A stretch of DNA of 64,000 bases. It comes from Candidatus Bathyarchaeia archaeon. GTDB lineage: Archaea > Thermoproteota > Bathyarchaeia > Bathyarchaeales > Bathycorpusculaceae. The stretch covers positions 32,001-96,000 of the forward strand of contig JBEKTQ010000002.1 of the NCBI GenBank assembly GCA_049515895.1, written 5' to 3'. The notes under the pieces are model-generated. The model was not told where the DNA came from. It did no database searches and was given only the letters and a program-made list of their open reading frames with translations. The translations under genes and the position numbers were made by a program. Of the stretch, positions 38,089 to 47,459 are shown in pieces; position 1 is the stretch's first letter, and every line of letters starts with the position of its first letter.

Positions 38089-38949
38089 TTATTTTTGGTT
38101 TTTCACTATTTCCAAGCTTATGTCTAATGCTTTAACGCTATGAGTCAGTTCTCCCATGCTTATGATGTCCACCTTTGCCTCCGCGTATTCCAAAAGGTTC
38201 CCGCTTGTTACTCCGCCGCTCACCTCGAGCAATAGACTACCAAACCCAGCCTTTTGTAGCGTGTCAGCTGTGTCCTTGGCTTGTTGCGGAGAAAAATTGT
38301 CCAGCATAATGATGTCGGCGCCTGCCTTCGCTGCTTTCAGGGAATCCTCAACATTGGTTACTTCGACTTCGATTTTCTTAGTGAAAGAAGTGTTAGCCTT
38401 AGCCCTCTTAACTGCCTCCTCAATACTTCCAACAATTGCAAGATGATTATCTTTAATCAGAACCATGTCGTCCAAGTGAAGCCTATGTGGGTCACCGCCC
38501 CCGATGGCTACGGCTCTCTTATCAAAGTAAAGCAGCCCAGGTGCTGACTTACGCGTTGCAGCAATCTTGGCTTTGGCTCCTGCCTTCTTGATTTTCTCAG
38601 TTAATTTTCGGGTAGTCGTGGCGATTCCGCTCATCCGTGAAAGCAGGTTCAATATGGTTCTCTCAGAGGAGAGAATTGTTTGTGCATCGCCTGAAATTTC
38701 CATAAGCACGTGTTTGTTCTTGAATGCGTCTCCATCAATCACTTTAGCCTCTACCTTTAGTCCCAAATATTCAGCAAGAATAGTTACTTCTTCAATTCCC
38801 GCGGCTACACCGTCCTCTTTCGAAATAACCACTGCGTTCGCAGTTAGATTTGAGGGTATAAGTGTTTGGACGGTAACGTCGCCCAGTCCTAGGTCGTCTG
38901 TGAGCATTTGTTTGAGCTTTTCTTCGCGGATTTTTCGGGGAACAAACAT
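38089..38949 (-). CDS. nadC: Quinolinate phosphoribosyltransferase
   Basis: ATRK; HRLHLDD; IKDNH; IEVEV; LDN; SGG. Confidence 0.95.
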   Translation of the reverse strand: MFVPRKIREEKLKQMLTDDLGLGDVTVQTLIPSNLTANAVVISKEDGVAAGIEEVTILAEYLGLKVEAKVIDGDAFKNKHVLMEISGDAQTILSSERTILNLLSRMSGIATTTRKLTEKIKKAGAKAKIAATRKSAPGLLYFDKRAVAIGGGDPHRLHLDDMVLIKDNHLAIVGSIEEAVKRAKANTSFTKKIEVEVTNVEDSLKAAKAGADIIMLDNFSPQQAKDTADTLQKAGFGSLLLEVSGGVTSGNLLEYAEAKVDIISMGELTHSVKALDISLEIVKNQK

Positions 38950-39046
38950 AACAATTTAGAGTTAGCCACTAGCTTAAAACTGCTTACTTTTTTGAAATTA
39001 ACATGGGCATAGTTAAAATAAATCTTCTCGATATACGTTAGTCACT

Positions 39047-40186
39047 ATGCGTTTGCTGTTTAGTTGTTCGGAGCTTGGTTTAGGCCATGTTTCACGTATC
39101 ATCCCCTTAGGGAAACGGCTACAAAAGCATGGTCATGAAATGTTCTTTTTCTCAGGAGGCAAAGCATACGACATGCTACAGAAGGAGTTCAGCAATGTTT
39201 ACAAATGCACGCCAATATCATGGTATGAGAACGCTTATGGCATAATCACTTCTGCATCACTCATAAACTTGCTCTTGCCGCTCCCATTGTTTAATTTCGA
39301 GAAGAACAGGCTGGAAATAAAAAACTCAAACGCGTGGGAAACTATCCACCGCTACTATGATCTAAGAGAAAATATCCGTGGGTTGGCTCCTGACCTGCTA
39401 ATTGCTGACGGGGACATAAACGCACTCAGGCTTTCTCAAAGGTGGGGTTTCCCCTCACTTTACATAGCCAACATGATTAGGCCAAGCTATGGTTTCTCAG
39501 CTTTTCTGAATCCAGGTGAACGGCTAGTTGAGCGGTACGTTAAGCGATGCTCACAAATAATCATTCCCGACAACCCTCCCCCATATACTATTTCGGAGTA
39601 CAACATCGGAAACATCGATAATATGGGTTTAGACGGGAAGGTCGAGTTCGTAGGAAGCTTTGTTGATACATCATTAGTTGAAGGGTCTAAGCAGCATATT
39701 TTTGCTCCCATAAGCGGTCCGCCAGGGACAAGAGCAAAAATGCTCAAGGTCCTTCTTCCAGTTCTTAAAAAAATGAAAACCAAATGCATCCTCAGTTTGG
39801 GCACTCCGGGAAAGAAGACCTCTGCCAAAATAGGGAACTGTGAACTTCATACTTGGCTGTCTGCTGAGGAACGGATGGAATGCATGAAGAACGCAAAGTT
39901 CGTAATCTTCAGCGGGGGACATGCAACATGCTTTGAAACCGTCAGATACGCAAAACCCAGCATCTGCATCCCAACGCAGCCTGAACAACTTGGCAATGCG
40001 GCCAAACTGCAAGACTTGAACTGCTCAATAACTGTCAAAAACAAGAAGCAGCTAGAGAAGGCGGTCGAAAGAATAGAGAACGACCAAGATTTGTTTGACA
40101 AAAACGTGCTGGCACTCAACAAGTTCTCTAGCAAGTATAGGGGCTTAGACAAGGCGCAAACGATTGTTGAAAGCTTGCAGGATTAA
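39047..40186 (+). CDS. GT28/MJ1255-like glycosyltransferase
   Basis: GLGHVSR; GGHATCFE; QPEQLGNA. Confidence 0.85.
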   Translation: MRLLFSCSELGLGHVSRIIPLGKRLQKHGHEMFFFSGGKAYDMLQKEFSNVYKCTPISWYENAYGIITSASLINLLLPLPLFNFEKNRLEIKNSNAWETIHRYYDLRENIRGLAPDLLIADGDINALRLSQRWGFPSLYIANMIRPSYGFSAFLNPGERLVERYVKRCSQIIIPDNPPPYTISEYNIGNIDNMGLDGKVEFVGSFVDTSLVEGSKQHIFAPISGPPGTRAKMLKVLLPVLKKMKTKCILSLGTPGKKTSAKIGNCELHTWLSAEERMECMKNAKFVIFSGGHATCFETVRYAKPSICIPTQPEQLGNAAKLQDLNCSITVKNKKQLEKAVERIENDQDLFDKNVLALNKFSSKYRGLDKAQTIVESLQD

Positions 40187-40193
40187 TCATCTG

Positions 40194-40817
40194 TTATTTG
40201 CCCAGGCTTAAACGTTTAACTTCGCCCAGAGGCGACTCTTCCTCAAAAATGATGGCTTTGAATTTGTAGATTTTTGCACCTTTTGTTAGCCAGCTGTCGG
40301 GTGGGAGTCCTGCTTTGACGCAGCATTGGCAAAGGAACTCTTCTTCGCACCATCCCCATTCAACTGGCACTTGGGGCAGAAGCAAACCTTTGTAGGGACC
40401 TTTTTCAATAATCAACCCGTCTTCGCTTACTTTGATTTTGCTGATGTATTCCTTTGGATTGTCCACTATTACGGGTTCCGGCGGCGTCAGAACACTTACC
40501 TCGAAAACAACCTTCCTCAACTCGTCATGGCTGATGGGGTAAAATCTTGGGTCCTCGGTTGCGGCGTTGATAGCTGAGTTGATAACTGCTTCCACTAGCG
40601 GGCTAGTCGGGTAAGGGTAGCCGATGCAGCCGCGAAGTTCCTTCTCCCCGTTGATAACGCGGTTTATTGTAACGAAGACGCCACAGTGTTCAAACAACTT
40701 CTTCGGTGTATCTTTTGGCGGTTTAACGGTTTTTCCGTTTTCCAGATATTCTTTAACCGTGTTCCTCGCGAGGTTTATTAAGAATTTTCCTTCAGCTAAA
40801 CTTAGTTCAAACGACAT
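40194..40817 (-). CDS. AMMECR1 family protein
   Basis: GVFVT; LRGCIG; DPRF; GLLLPQV. Confidence 0.93.
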   Translation of the reverse strand: MSFELSLAEGKFLINLARNTVKEYLENGKTVKPPKDTPKKLFEHCGVFVTINRVINGEKELRGCIGYPYPTSPLVEAVINSAINAATEDPRFYPISHDELRKVVFEVSVLTPPEPVIVDNPKEYISKIKVSEDGLIIEKGPYKGLLLPQVPVEWGWCEEEFLCQCCVKAGLPPDSWLTKGAKIYKFKAIIFEEESPLGEVKRLSLGK

Positions 40818-40897
40818 AATTTCCCGCTTCCCGAGTGGTAAGCAGCGCCTAGGCGCGACTGAATAACAGCAAGAACAAGTTAGGAGGAAGATGTTGG

Positions 40898-41587
40898 TTA
40901 GAACTTTATGGATTCTTCTTTGATTCCATCTTTGGTTATGATGAGGAAGTCTATGCCGTCGCCGCTCATTGAGTCTCTGCTGATTGCTGATTTGATTGCT
41001 CGCGTTACGAGTTCTTTTGTTTCTGACACGCTCATGGTTTCTTTGTAGGCATCTTCGATGACGCCGATGGCGATTTCTGTTCCTGTGCCAACAACCGCGT
41101 ATTTGTCAGGTATAAGTGAGCCTAAAACGTCAAGCACGAAGAGTGACGGGCCGTCCTCGTCTAAGCCGCCCACAATTGTTTGAGTAAAGAGCGGTGCGTA
41201 CCGACGGTTGAATAGGACGTTAGCTAAGAGTTTAGCTGCTGCACGCACAGTGATTTTTCTGCCTGTGTCCATGCTGAAGAGGTTAGCTTGCGCCTCCATT
41301 TCTTTGGCAAGAATCTGCATGTCGCCGACGAGTCCTGCGCAGGCAACGCCGATTCGATCTGTAACTTTGAAAACTTTTTTTCCGCCTTTGCTCATTACGA
41401 AGTAGCCGTAAGTTACTCTTTTCTCAGCGGCTAAGAGTACTCCGCCGTCGAAGACAACGCCTACTGTGGTCGCACCTGGCATCCAAGCAAGTCCGCCTTG
41501 CTGAGCCTGTTTCTGCTGATCCTGCGGCATTTGCGGATACTGCGGAATCTGCGGTATTTCGGGTAGTTGAGGTCCGTAACCTTCCAT
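40898..41587 (-). CDS. psmB: Proteasome beta subunit (Ala at the catalytic Thr1 position)
   Basis: PG|ATTVGVV..GVLLAAEKR; AGLVGD; RDSMSGDG. Confidence 0.9.
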   Translation of the reverse strand: MEGYGPQLPEIPQIPQYPQMPQDQQKQAQQGGLAWMPGATTVGVVFDGGVLLAAEKRVTYGYFVMSKGGKKVFKVTDRIGVACAGLVGDMQILAKEMEAQANLFSMDTGRKITVRAAAKLLANVLFNRRYAPLFTQTIVGGLDEDGPSLFVLDVLGSLIPDKYAVVGTGTEIAIGVIEDAYKETMSVSETKELVTRAIKSAISRDSMSGDGIDFLIITKDGIKEESIKF

Positions 41588-41817
41588 AATTTTCGCCTTT
41601 TCCCGTTGTTATACACAAGACAAATTATTAAGGTTACTTATATCCATTAATATGGGTGCCTATCTATAGGACAACATGCCAGAACCCTATTTCTTAGCAC
41701 AAAAAAGTCGCCCTAAAAATGCCGTAGGTAAAATTCGGGAATTCTTACTGCTAGATTCCTTTTACGCGAAAACTTTAACACCCTGCATGCTCCTTAAGCG
41801 ATTAAAAAAGACACAGG

Positions 41818-42411
41818 GTGGAAGCAATGATTGAAGTTTACATCAAAAAACTTGAAGGCGTTTGGTTCGGGGTTGCATGCGAACAACAGCAAATTGTTGC
41901 GGCATCCTTTGGCCTAAGCGAACAGGTCATAATGAGCAACATGTTAGCTATACTTCCATTTAACAAGCCCTTCCAAGGTTTCGTTAAGCCTTCAGCGTTC
42001 GCTGAAGAGGCTTTCGTTTGTTTGAAAAAGGTTTATGATGGAAAAGACATCAGCGATTGCCTTCCCTTAGCTTATGCAATCCTGCCAGACTACACACAAA
42101 AGGTGCTGAAAGCAACCTTACAGATTCCACTTGGCTACGTCGCATCCTACGGAGCGATCTCCGATGCAGTTGGCGGCAGCCCGAGAGCTGTGGGAAACGT
42201 CATGGCTTCAAACCCATTCGCACCGATTGTTCCCTGCCACAGAGTTGTCAAATCTGATTTTTCGTTGGGCGGATACGGCGGAGGGTTAAAGGTTAAAGTT
42301 GAGCTTTTAGGTCGGGAAAGTAGAGGTTTTTCAACTTCAAAACAGGTGCAGGTCGGTGGTGGAACACTCACGGTTTTCCCAGTTGAAAACGTTCTTCGTA
42401 ATCTGGTATGA
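41818..42411 (+). CDS. ogt: Methylated-DNA-protein-cysteine methyltransferase
   Basis: RAVG; NP..PIVPCHRV. Confidence 0.92.
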   Translation: MEAMIEVYIKKLEGVWFGVACEQQQIVAASFGLSEQVIMSNMLAILPFNKPFQGFVKPSAFAEEAFVCLKKVYDGKDISDCLPLAYAILPDYTQKVLKATLQIPLGYVASYGAISDAVGGSPRAVGNVMASNPFAPIVPCHRVVKSDFSLGGYGGGLKVKVELLGRESRGFSTSKQVQVGGGTLTVFPVENVLRNLV

Positions 42412-42462
42412 CCGAAGATCTTTTGAGCACAAATCATAAAAGGTATACGGGCTTAACGTCAA

Positions 42463-43005
42463 ATGGCGATGAGCAAAATGGTTAACCGGGGTCTTTACGT
42501 TGGGAGGTTTCAGCCTTTCCATTTGGGACATCTTGGTGCCGTGAAGGCAATATTGAAGGAAACTGATGAGCTAGTAATAGTCATCGGCAGTGCCCAATAC
42601 AGTCACAACATCAACAACCCCTTTACGGCTGGCGAAAGACTAGTTATGATTCGCTTTGCCCTCCAAGAAGCCAAACTGAGTCCCTCAAAACTTTGGATTG
42701 TCCCAGTCCCAGATGTCCACCTACACATGCTATGGGTAAGCGCAGTTGAAGGCTACACCCCAAAATTCAACGTTTGCTACACTAACGAACCTTTAACAAA
42801 GAGGCTTTTTTCGGAAGCAGGCTACCCAATCAATGAAATACCGTTCTTCGACAGAAAAAAATACATGTCAACGTTAATTAGAGAAAAAATGCTTAGAAGC
42901 GACGACACCTGGGTCGAGCTTGTTCCGAAAAGTGTAGCAGACTTCATCAGGGAAATAGACGGCGTCAACAGGCTCCGCGACCTAGCAAGAACCGATAAGG
43001 GCTAA
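42463..43005 (+). CDS. nadM: Nicotinamide-nucleotide adenylyltransferase
   Basis: GRFQPFHLGH; NPFTAGER. Confidence 0.92.
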   Translation: MAMSKMVNRGLYVGRFQPFHLGHLGAVKAILKETDELVIVIGSAQYSHNINNPFTAGERLVMIRFALQEAKLSPSKLWIVPVPDVHLHMLWVSAVEGYTPKFNVCYTNEPLTKRLFSEAGYPINEIPFFDRKKYMSTLIREKMLRSDDTWVELVPKSVADFIREIDGVNRLRDLARTDKG

Positions 43006-43007
43006 TA

Positions 43008-43568
43008 CTAAACAACTATTTTTTCGGTTGAAGCCATATGATATAAGCGGTAAGCCAGAAGGTAAGCGATGATCACGACCAACAATTCGACAAATACACC
43101 CGCACCGATGGTTGTTAAGGCAAAGAAATTGTTTGCCGCATGAATAGAGACCGATATCAGGTAATAAGGCAGCGGGTTCTTTTTAGCTATGCCGTAAGCA
43201 GTAATCGCTGCGCTTGAAGCGTGGAAAAGGACGCCTGGAACTCTTGCAATTGGGGGAACACCTAAAAAGACGACGTATAGAAGAAACTCGGAAATCCCAA
43301 AGCCAAGCCCGATTAAAACGCCTAAAGTCACAATGGACCTTTCGGTCTCGCCGTGCCTGTAAAACAACGGGAAAACTTTAGCTAGTTCCTCAACGAAGGG
43401 CGCAATAAGTGCCGTAGATACGAAGACGGATACGTAGGGGTAAACGTTTGAAAAAAACAAAGCCATGGGAACGCTTACAAGTATTCCAGAAATGAAAAAG
43501 AACACTAGCTCTTTTCTGCTGGGCTTATGAAGCGGAATAACGCATTGACGGGACGGTTCATTTCCCAT
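43008..43568 (-). CDS. PrsW family intramembrane metalloprotease
   Basis: APFVEELAK; GFGISE; H...H motifs. Confidence 0.85.
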   Translation of the reverse strand: MGNEPSRQCVIPLHKPSRKELVFFFISGILVSVPMALFFSNVYPYVSVFVSTALIAPFVEELAKVFPLFYRHGETERSIVTLGVLIGLGFGISEFLLYVVFLGVPPIARVPGVLFHASSAAITAYGIAKKNPLPYYLISVSIHAANNFFALTTIGAGVFVELLVVIIAYLLAYRLYHMASTEKIVV

Positions 43569-43682
43569 AAAAATAAGCTTCCTAAAAGAAAGGAACTTAG
43601 CACTTGCTTATCAACGTTTTCCACTTACCACAGCGCTAAAATACAGGTTGCTGCCACTACAAATGTCAGGTTGTACACCAAA

Positions 43683-44165
43683 ATGAACTCAGTTATAATA
43701 CTATTTTCTTATCACCACAAGAACACGGAGAAAGTTGCCCAAGTTATCGCTAAGGTTACTGGAGCAGAAGTGAAAACTCCCGAGCAAATAGACCCAAACA
43801 CACTTGCAAGCCTTGAGCTTGTAGGATTCGGCTCAGGCGTTTATTTTGGAAAACTCGGCAAAACTCTCCTTGAATTAGCCGACAAAATCCCGCAAGTCAC
43901 AAGCAAGAACGCATTCATTTTTTCCACCAGCGGCAGAACTGGAAAAGCTGCAGCCAAGTTCCATAAGACACTCAAGGAGAAGCTAGAGGCTAAAGGGTTC
44001 ACCATTTTAGGAGAGTTTAACTGTGGAGGATTCGACACCTATGGGCTTCTTAAAATTGGTGGCGGCACAAACAAGGGCAGGCCAAACGAAGAAGACCTAA
44101 AGCAAGCAGAAACATTTGCGCAAAGCCTACTGAAGAATGAACCCTCCGTTTTATTTGCGGAATAG
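43683..44165 (+). CDS. Flavodoxin family protein
   Basis: SYHHKNTEKVA; GFGSGVY; GRPNEEDL. Confidence 0.88.
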   Translation: MNSVIILFSYHHKNTEKVAQVIAKVTGAEVKTPEQIDPNTLASLELVGFGSGVYFGKLGKTLLELADKIPQVTSKNAFIFSTSGRTGKAAAKFHKTLKEKLEAKGFTILGEFNCGGFDTYGLLKIGGGTNKGRPNEEDLKQAETFAQSLLKNEPSVLFAE

Positions 44166-44177
44166 GCGACAATCGCT

Positions 44178-45551
44178 TTAGAAGCCAGCCGCTATCGGGT
44201 CAAGCGGCTTCATCAACTCCCTCAGAAACACAGTAGCGTAGCAGCCTCTGAGAAGCATGAAGCTTAACATGATTTGGAAGCTTTTACCATCAGTGTCTGT
44301 TAAAACGTTAAACTTGAAGTCTTTAACAGGAGCTACCGCCGTTCGCAATCCTCCTTTACCACCGACCTTTGACAGCGGGCTGACTCGCATGTTTTCAATC
44401 TTGATTTTTTCCTTCTCGAGAACCTTATGCTCTATCTCCCCCATGACCCCTTCTGAAAGCTTCTGTCTTATCCCCACAATGGGCAGAGCAACACGCAGTT
44501 TGCCAGCCTTGATTTGTTCATTGACGGCTGCTTCTGTTTCAGAAGTAACAACTTTTGTTACCTTCGTCAAAGGTAAGCTCGAACGTTCAACACCAACAAC
44601 GTAATCCCCTGCTTCAGCCCCGTTCAAGGCGTAACCGTGCGCAAGTCGCTCGCTAAGGAATCGGTTAAACAGGTAAGACTGGTGAGCCTGAACAAAAAGC
44701 TCTTGAAGCTTAATGGGCAACCGTTGGAAAGCGCCCATGAAATCTTCCGGGTTATTTACCAAATGACTGAGCATTAACCTTTCAAAGCGAAGTTGCCTAG
44801 GAAAATTTTCCAGCGCTTGCTTGAAATCACCTGTTTCTTGAAGTTGCACGCGCGCTTTCCTCGAGGATGGGTGCTCATACTCGCTTGGCTTAGCTAAGAA
44901 AAGCGTTGCAGCCTGCTTAAAATCGCCTTCAAAAATGGCTTTTCCAACCAAATGTGTTATTGGCCGGGTAGTTCCAAAGCGTTGGTGCCCAAAAAAGTTT
45001 GGAAAGCCACTGGCAGTTTCTATTTCCCCAATTGTTTGGACTAAGTGTTTTTCAACGGTTGATTCCTGAAGTCCTATGGCTTTGATTTTTATTGTGAAGC
45101 TGTTGCCGAGCAAGTAGTAGGTTGAAAGCGCTTCGCGAACGTAGCCTATAGGGATGATTTGAATGTCTTTAACGTTGACTTTTGCAGCATCCTCCAATAA
45201 GCCTCCGTCAATTGTTATGTGCTGAGCTGTGACGGCTTTAGCGTCTTTAATGCCTGCAATTTGGATGCGGCTTTGGTCTATGCCAAGGCATTTTGCAATA
45301 TTTTTAACCGCTATGAAAGTGTCCCAGTTGCGTTTAACCAACGTGCAAAGCAAAAACCGCTGGCGCTGAAGAGTAGAACTTAAGACCCTGTTAGGAACGG
45401 TCCCGTCTGTTTTCGCCTTTGAGCCATCTACAAGCAATTCCTCAACCCTAAAATCCTCGACGTTCTTGCGGATGGCGCCGCCGATGCCTAAGCTTTTAGT
45501 CAAGTAGACTTCGATACCTAACTGTTCGTCGAGAACTGGAACAGACACCAT
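44178..45551 (-). CDS. truD: tRNA pseudouridine(13) synthase
   Basis: EDFRVEE; AGIKDAKAVT; NFFGHQRFG; GCYATVFLRE. Confidence 0.95.
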   Translation of the reverse strand: MVSVPVLDEQLGIEVYLTKSLGIGGAIRKNVEDFRVEELLVDGSKAKTDGTVPNRVLSSTLQRQRFLLCTLVKRNWDTFIAVKNIAKCLGIDQSRIQIAGIKDAKAVTAQHITIDGGLLEDAAKVNVKDIQIIPIGYVREALSTYYLLGNSFTIKIKAIGLQESTVEKHLVQTIGEIETASGFPNFFGHQRFGTTRPITHLVGKAIFEGDFKQAATLFLAKPSEYEHPSSRKARVQLQETGDFKQALENFPRQLRFERLMLSHLVNNPEDFMGAFQRLPIKLQELFVQAHQSYLFNRFLSERLAHGYALNGAEAGDYVVGVERSSLPLTKVTKVVTSETEAAVNEQIKAGKLRVALPIVGIRQKLSEGVMGEIEHKVLEKEKIKIENMRVSPLSKVGGKGGLRTAVAPVKDFKFNVLTDTDGKSFQIMLSFMLLRGCYATVFLRELMKPLDPIAAGF

Positions 45552-45558
45552 GTTCGCC

Positions 45559-45921
45559 TTAGAACAGTTGAAGATTACCTGTTAATTTGTCAATTAGCCC
45601 GTTGGGAGCAGGACCTATCCCCAAGCAGGTCACTGTGCCCTCAGGAATCTGGGTTAAACCTCTATCAACTATCAATGCATGGGGCAAACCCAACCTATCT
45701 GCGGCAGCCTCCAACTCATGCAGCTCCTGCTCCGATTCAACCTTAACAGCAATTTTCCGTTGACCCTCAAAAAGCCAAGCCTCCCACCACTTTCTATTGT
45801 GGACATACGCTTCTTGTGCCGCTGAAACTGCCGCGTGCCCAGCCTGCGCCGCAATCTTGCCTTTTCCCATCTTCAAATCCTTGCGGAAAACAAGAACCTG
45901 CTTGTATTCAAATTCGCCCAT
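45559..45921 (-). CDS. pth2: Peptidyl-tRNA hydrolase 2
   Basis: KQVLV.R.DLKMGKGKIAAQAGHA; DRGLTQ; GIGP. Confidence 0.95.
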   Translation of the reverse strand: MGEFEYKQVLVFRKDLKMGKGKIAAQAGHAAVSAAQEAYVHNRKWWEAWLFEGQRKIAVKVESEQELHELEAAADRLGLPHALIVDRGLTQIPEGTVTCLGIGPAPNGLIDKLTGNLQLF

Positions 45922-45956
45922 TGAATTTCCCGCTTTTATGTTAGGCAGCCGAGATT

Positions 45957-47213
45957 TTAAGGGTTTGTAGACAAGTAAAGCAACACAAAATAAGCTAAAG
46001 TTGCCATCATGGAAGGCTTCCAAAGAGATTTGATTAGCATTTTTCCCTGAAAATCGATTTGATCCTCGTTTTTCAGGGCTTTGTCTACGCCTAGCTTGCT
46101 GCAAACTCGAAGTGCCTCATCCATTTTCTCGTCAGATAAAGAGTTAAGAAACCTTCTGAGACGAAGCATAACGTTGAAGTCGAAACCGAACAGGTCAGAG
46201 CATCGCTTCTGATATGCCTGCAATGAATAATCTGAAAAGTCGCCGCGATGTATGGCTTCGGTGACACTTTGGGCCGCGATCTTTGCACATGTCAACCCGA
46301 AGATTACTCCGCCGCCCGTGGTTGGTTTAACCTGTGACGCGCAGTCGCCAACTGCGAGAAACCCGTTAGCACAGGCCTTCTCTATTGGACCCCCTAGCGT
46401 TATTGTGTGGTAATTAGCTTGTATTATCTTTGCTTTGCCCAGTTGTTTCGAAGCTGCAGGATGTTTCGTTCTAAGTGCTTGAAGGCAATCCTTGGGGTTT
46501 CCTTTGTTAGTCGCCAAACCCACTTTTGCTGTTCCATCTTTCCTCGGAATGAGCCACCCGTAAAAGCCAGATGCATAGGAATTGCCCAAATAAACTTCAA
46601 CAGCATCTTGTTCCACGTCGAAGACGTTTTCAACTTCAGCTTCAACCGAGTAAACTAGCCCCTGAGGTTTCAGGGCTTTCAAACCAGTCTGCCTCAAAAG
46701 CCTGGAAGAGATTCCTTCAGCATCCACAGTTATGTTAGAGGGAACCATCCATTGTTTTCCACTTTTCCGTTGAACATTTACGCCTTCAACGAAGCCATTA
46801 CGGATAACAAGCGATCGGACAAGGCTATCTAAGATAAAGCGTGCTCCTGCCTCTTCTGCCTGTTTTGCCAGATACCGGTCGAAACGTGCCCTGTTTAAGG
46901 CGGCTGTTACTGGGCGTGATAGGTGAATTGAAAACTTGGTGCCTTTGGCAGAGTAGAAGTTGGCTGTTCCAAAGGTGTTCTCAACTATCCCTTCCGGAAG
47001 CGGGAATAGCCCCATGCTGGCTAGGCTTTTGATACTTAAGTGCCCAGCGCAGTGAGACGGGACCCCGATTTCGGGGTGCTCTTCAAAAACCGTGGCGTTT
47101 ATGCCTGCTTTGGCCAAGTTTAAGGCTGCGTATGAGCCGACAGGTCCGCCTCCGATGATAACGACTTCTGGTGCGGCGGTTGTCTGTTGGATTTTGTGCT
47201 GAATCATCATCAC
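45957..47213 (-). CDS. Geranylgeranyl reductase family FAD protein
   Basis: GGGPVG; HCAG; YGWLIP; GDCASQVKPTTGGG. Confidence 0.85.
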   Translation of the reverse strand: MMMIQHKIQQTTAAPEVVIIGGGPVGSYAALNLAKAGINATVFEEHPEIGVPSHCAGHLSIKSLASMGLFPLPEGIVENTFGTANFYSAKGTKFSIHLSRPVTAALNRARFDRYLAKQAEEAGARFILDSLVRSLVIRNGFVEGVNVQRKSGKQWMVPSNITVDAEGISSRLLRQTGLKALKPQGLVYSVEAEVENVFDVEQDAVEVYLGNSYASGFYGWLIPRKDGTAKVGLATNKGNPKDCLQALRTKHPAASKQLGKAKIIQANYHTITLGGPIEKACANGFLAVGDCASQVKPTTGGGVIFGLTCAKIAAQSVTEAIHRGDFSDYSLQAYQKRCSDLFGFDFNVMLRLRRFLNSLSDEKMDEALRVCSKLGVDKALKNEDQIDFQGKMLIKSLWKPSMMATLAYFVLLYLSTNP

Positions 47214-47217
47214 ATAG

Positions 47218-47448
47218 TTATTGGACTAGCTCGATTCGACGCTTTCCACGCGCCAAGGATGACGTGCGGATCTTGCCGGTAACCTCTAACTTTAGCAGCA
47301 ATTCGTTGAAGTCTTTGAAGCCTAAGTCTTCGAACTCTCCTTTAAGCGCCGTGAACAAGTCATCGTCGGTCATGTCGCCCTTTTTCTTTAGGATTTCTAA
47401 AATAACAAAGTAGTCTGGTCGAGTTTTCCAAGTTTTCATTTGAGGCAT
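47218..47448 (-). CDS. Small winged-helix protein downstream of cdc48
   Basis: 76-aa ORF with GAAGGTGA SD and a wHTH-like pattern. Confidence 0.7.
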   Translation of the reverse strand: MPQMKTWKTRPDYFVILEILKKKGDMTDDDLFTALKGEFEDLGFKDFNELLLKLEVTGKIRTSSLARGKRRIELVQ

Positions 47449-47459
47449 ACGTTCACCTT

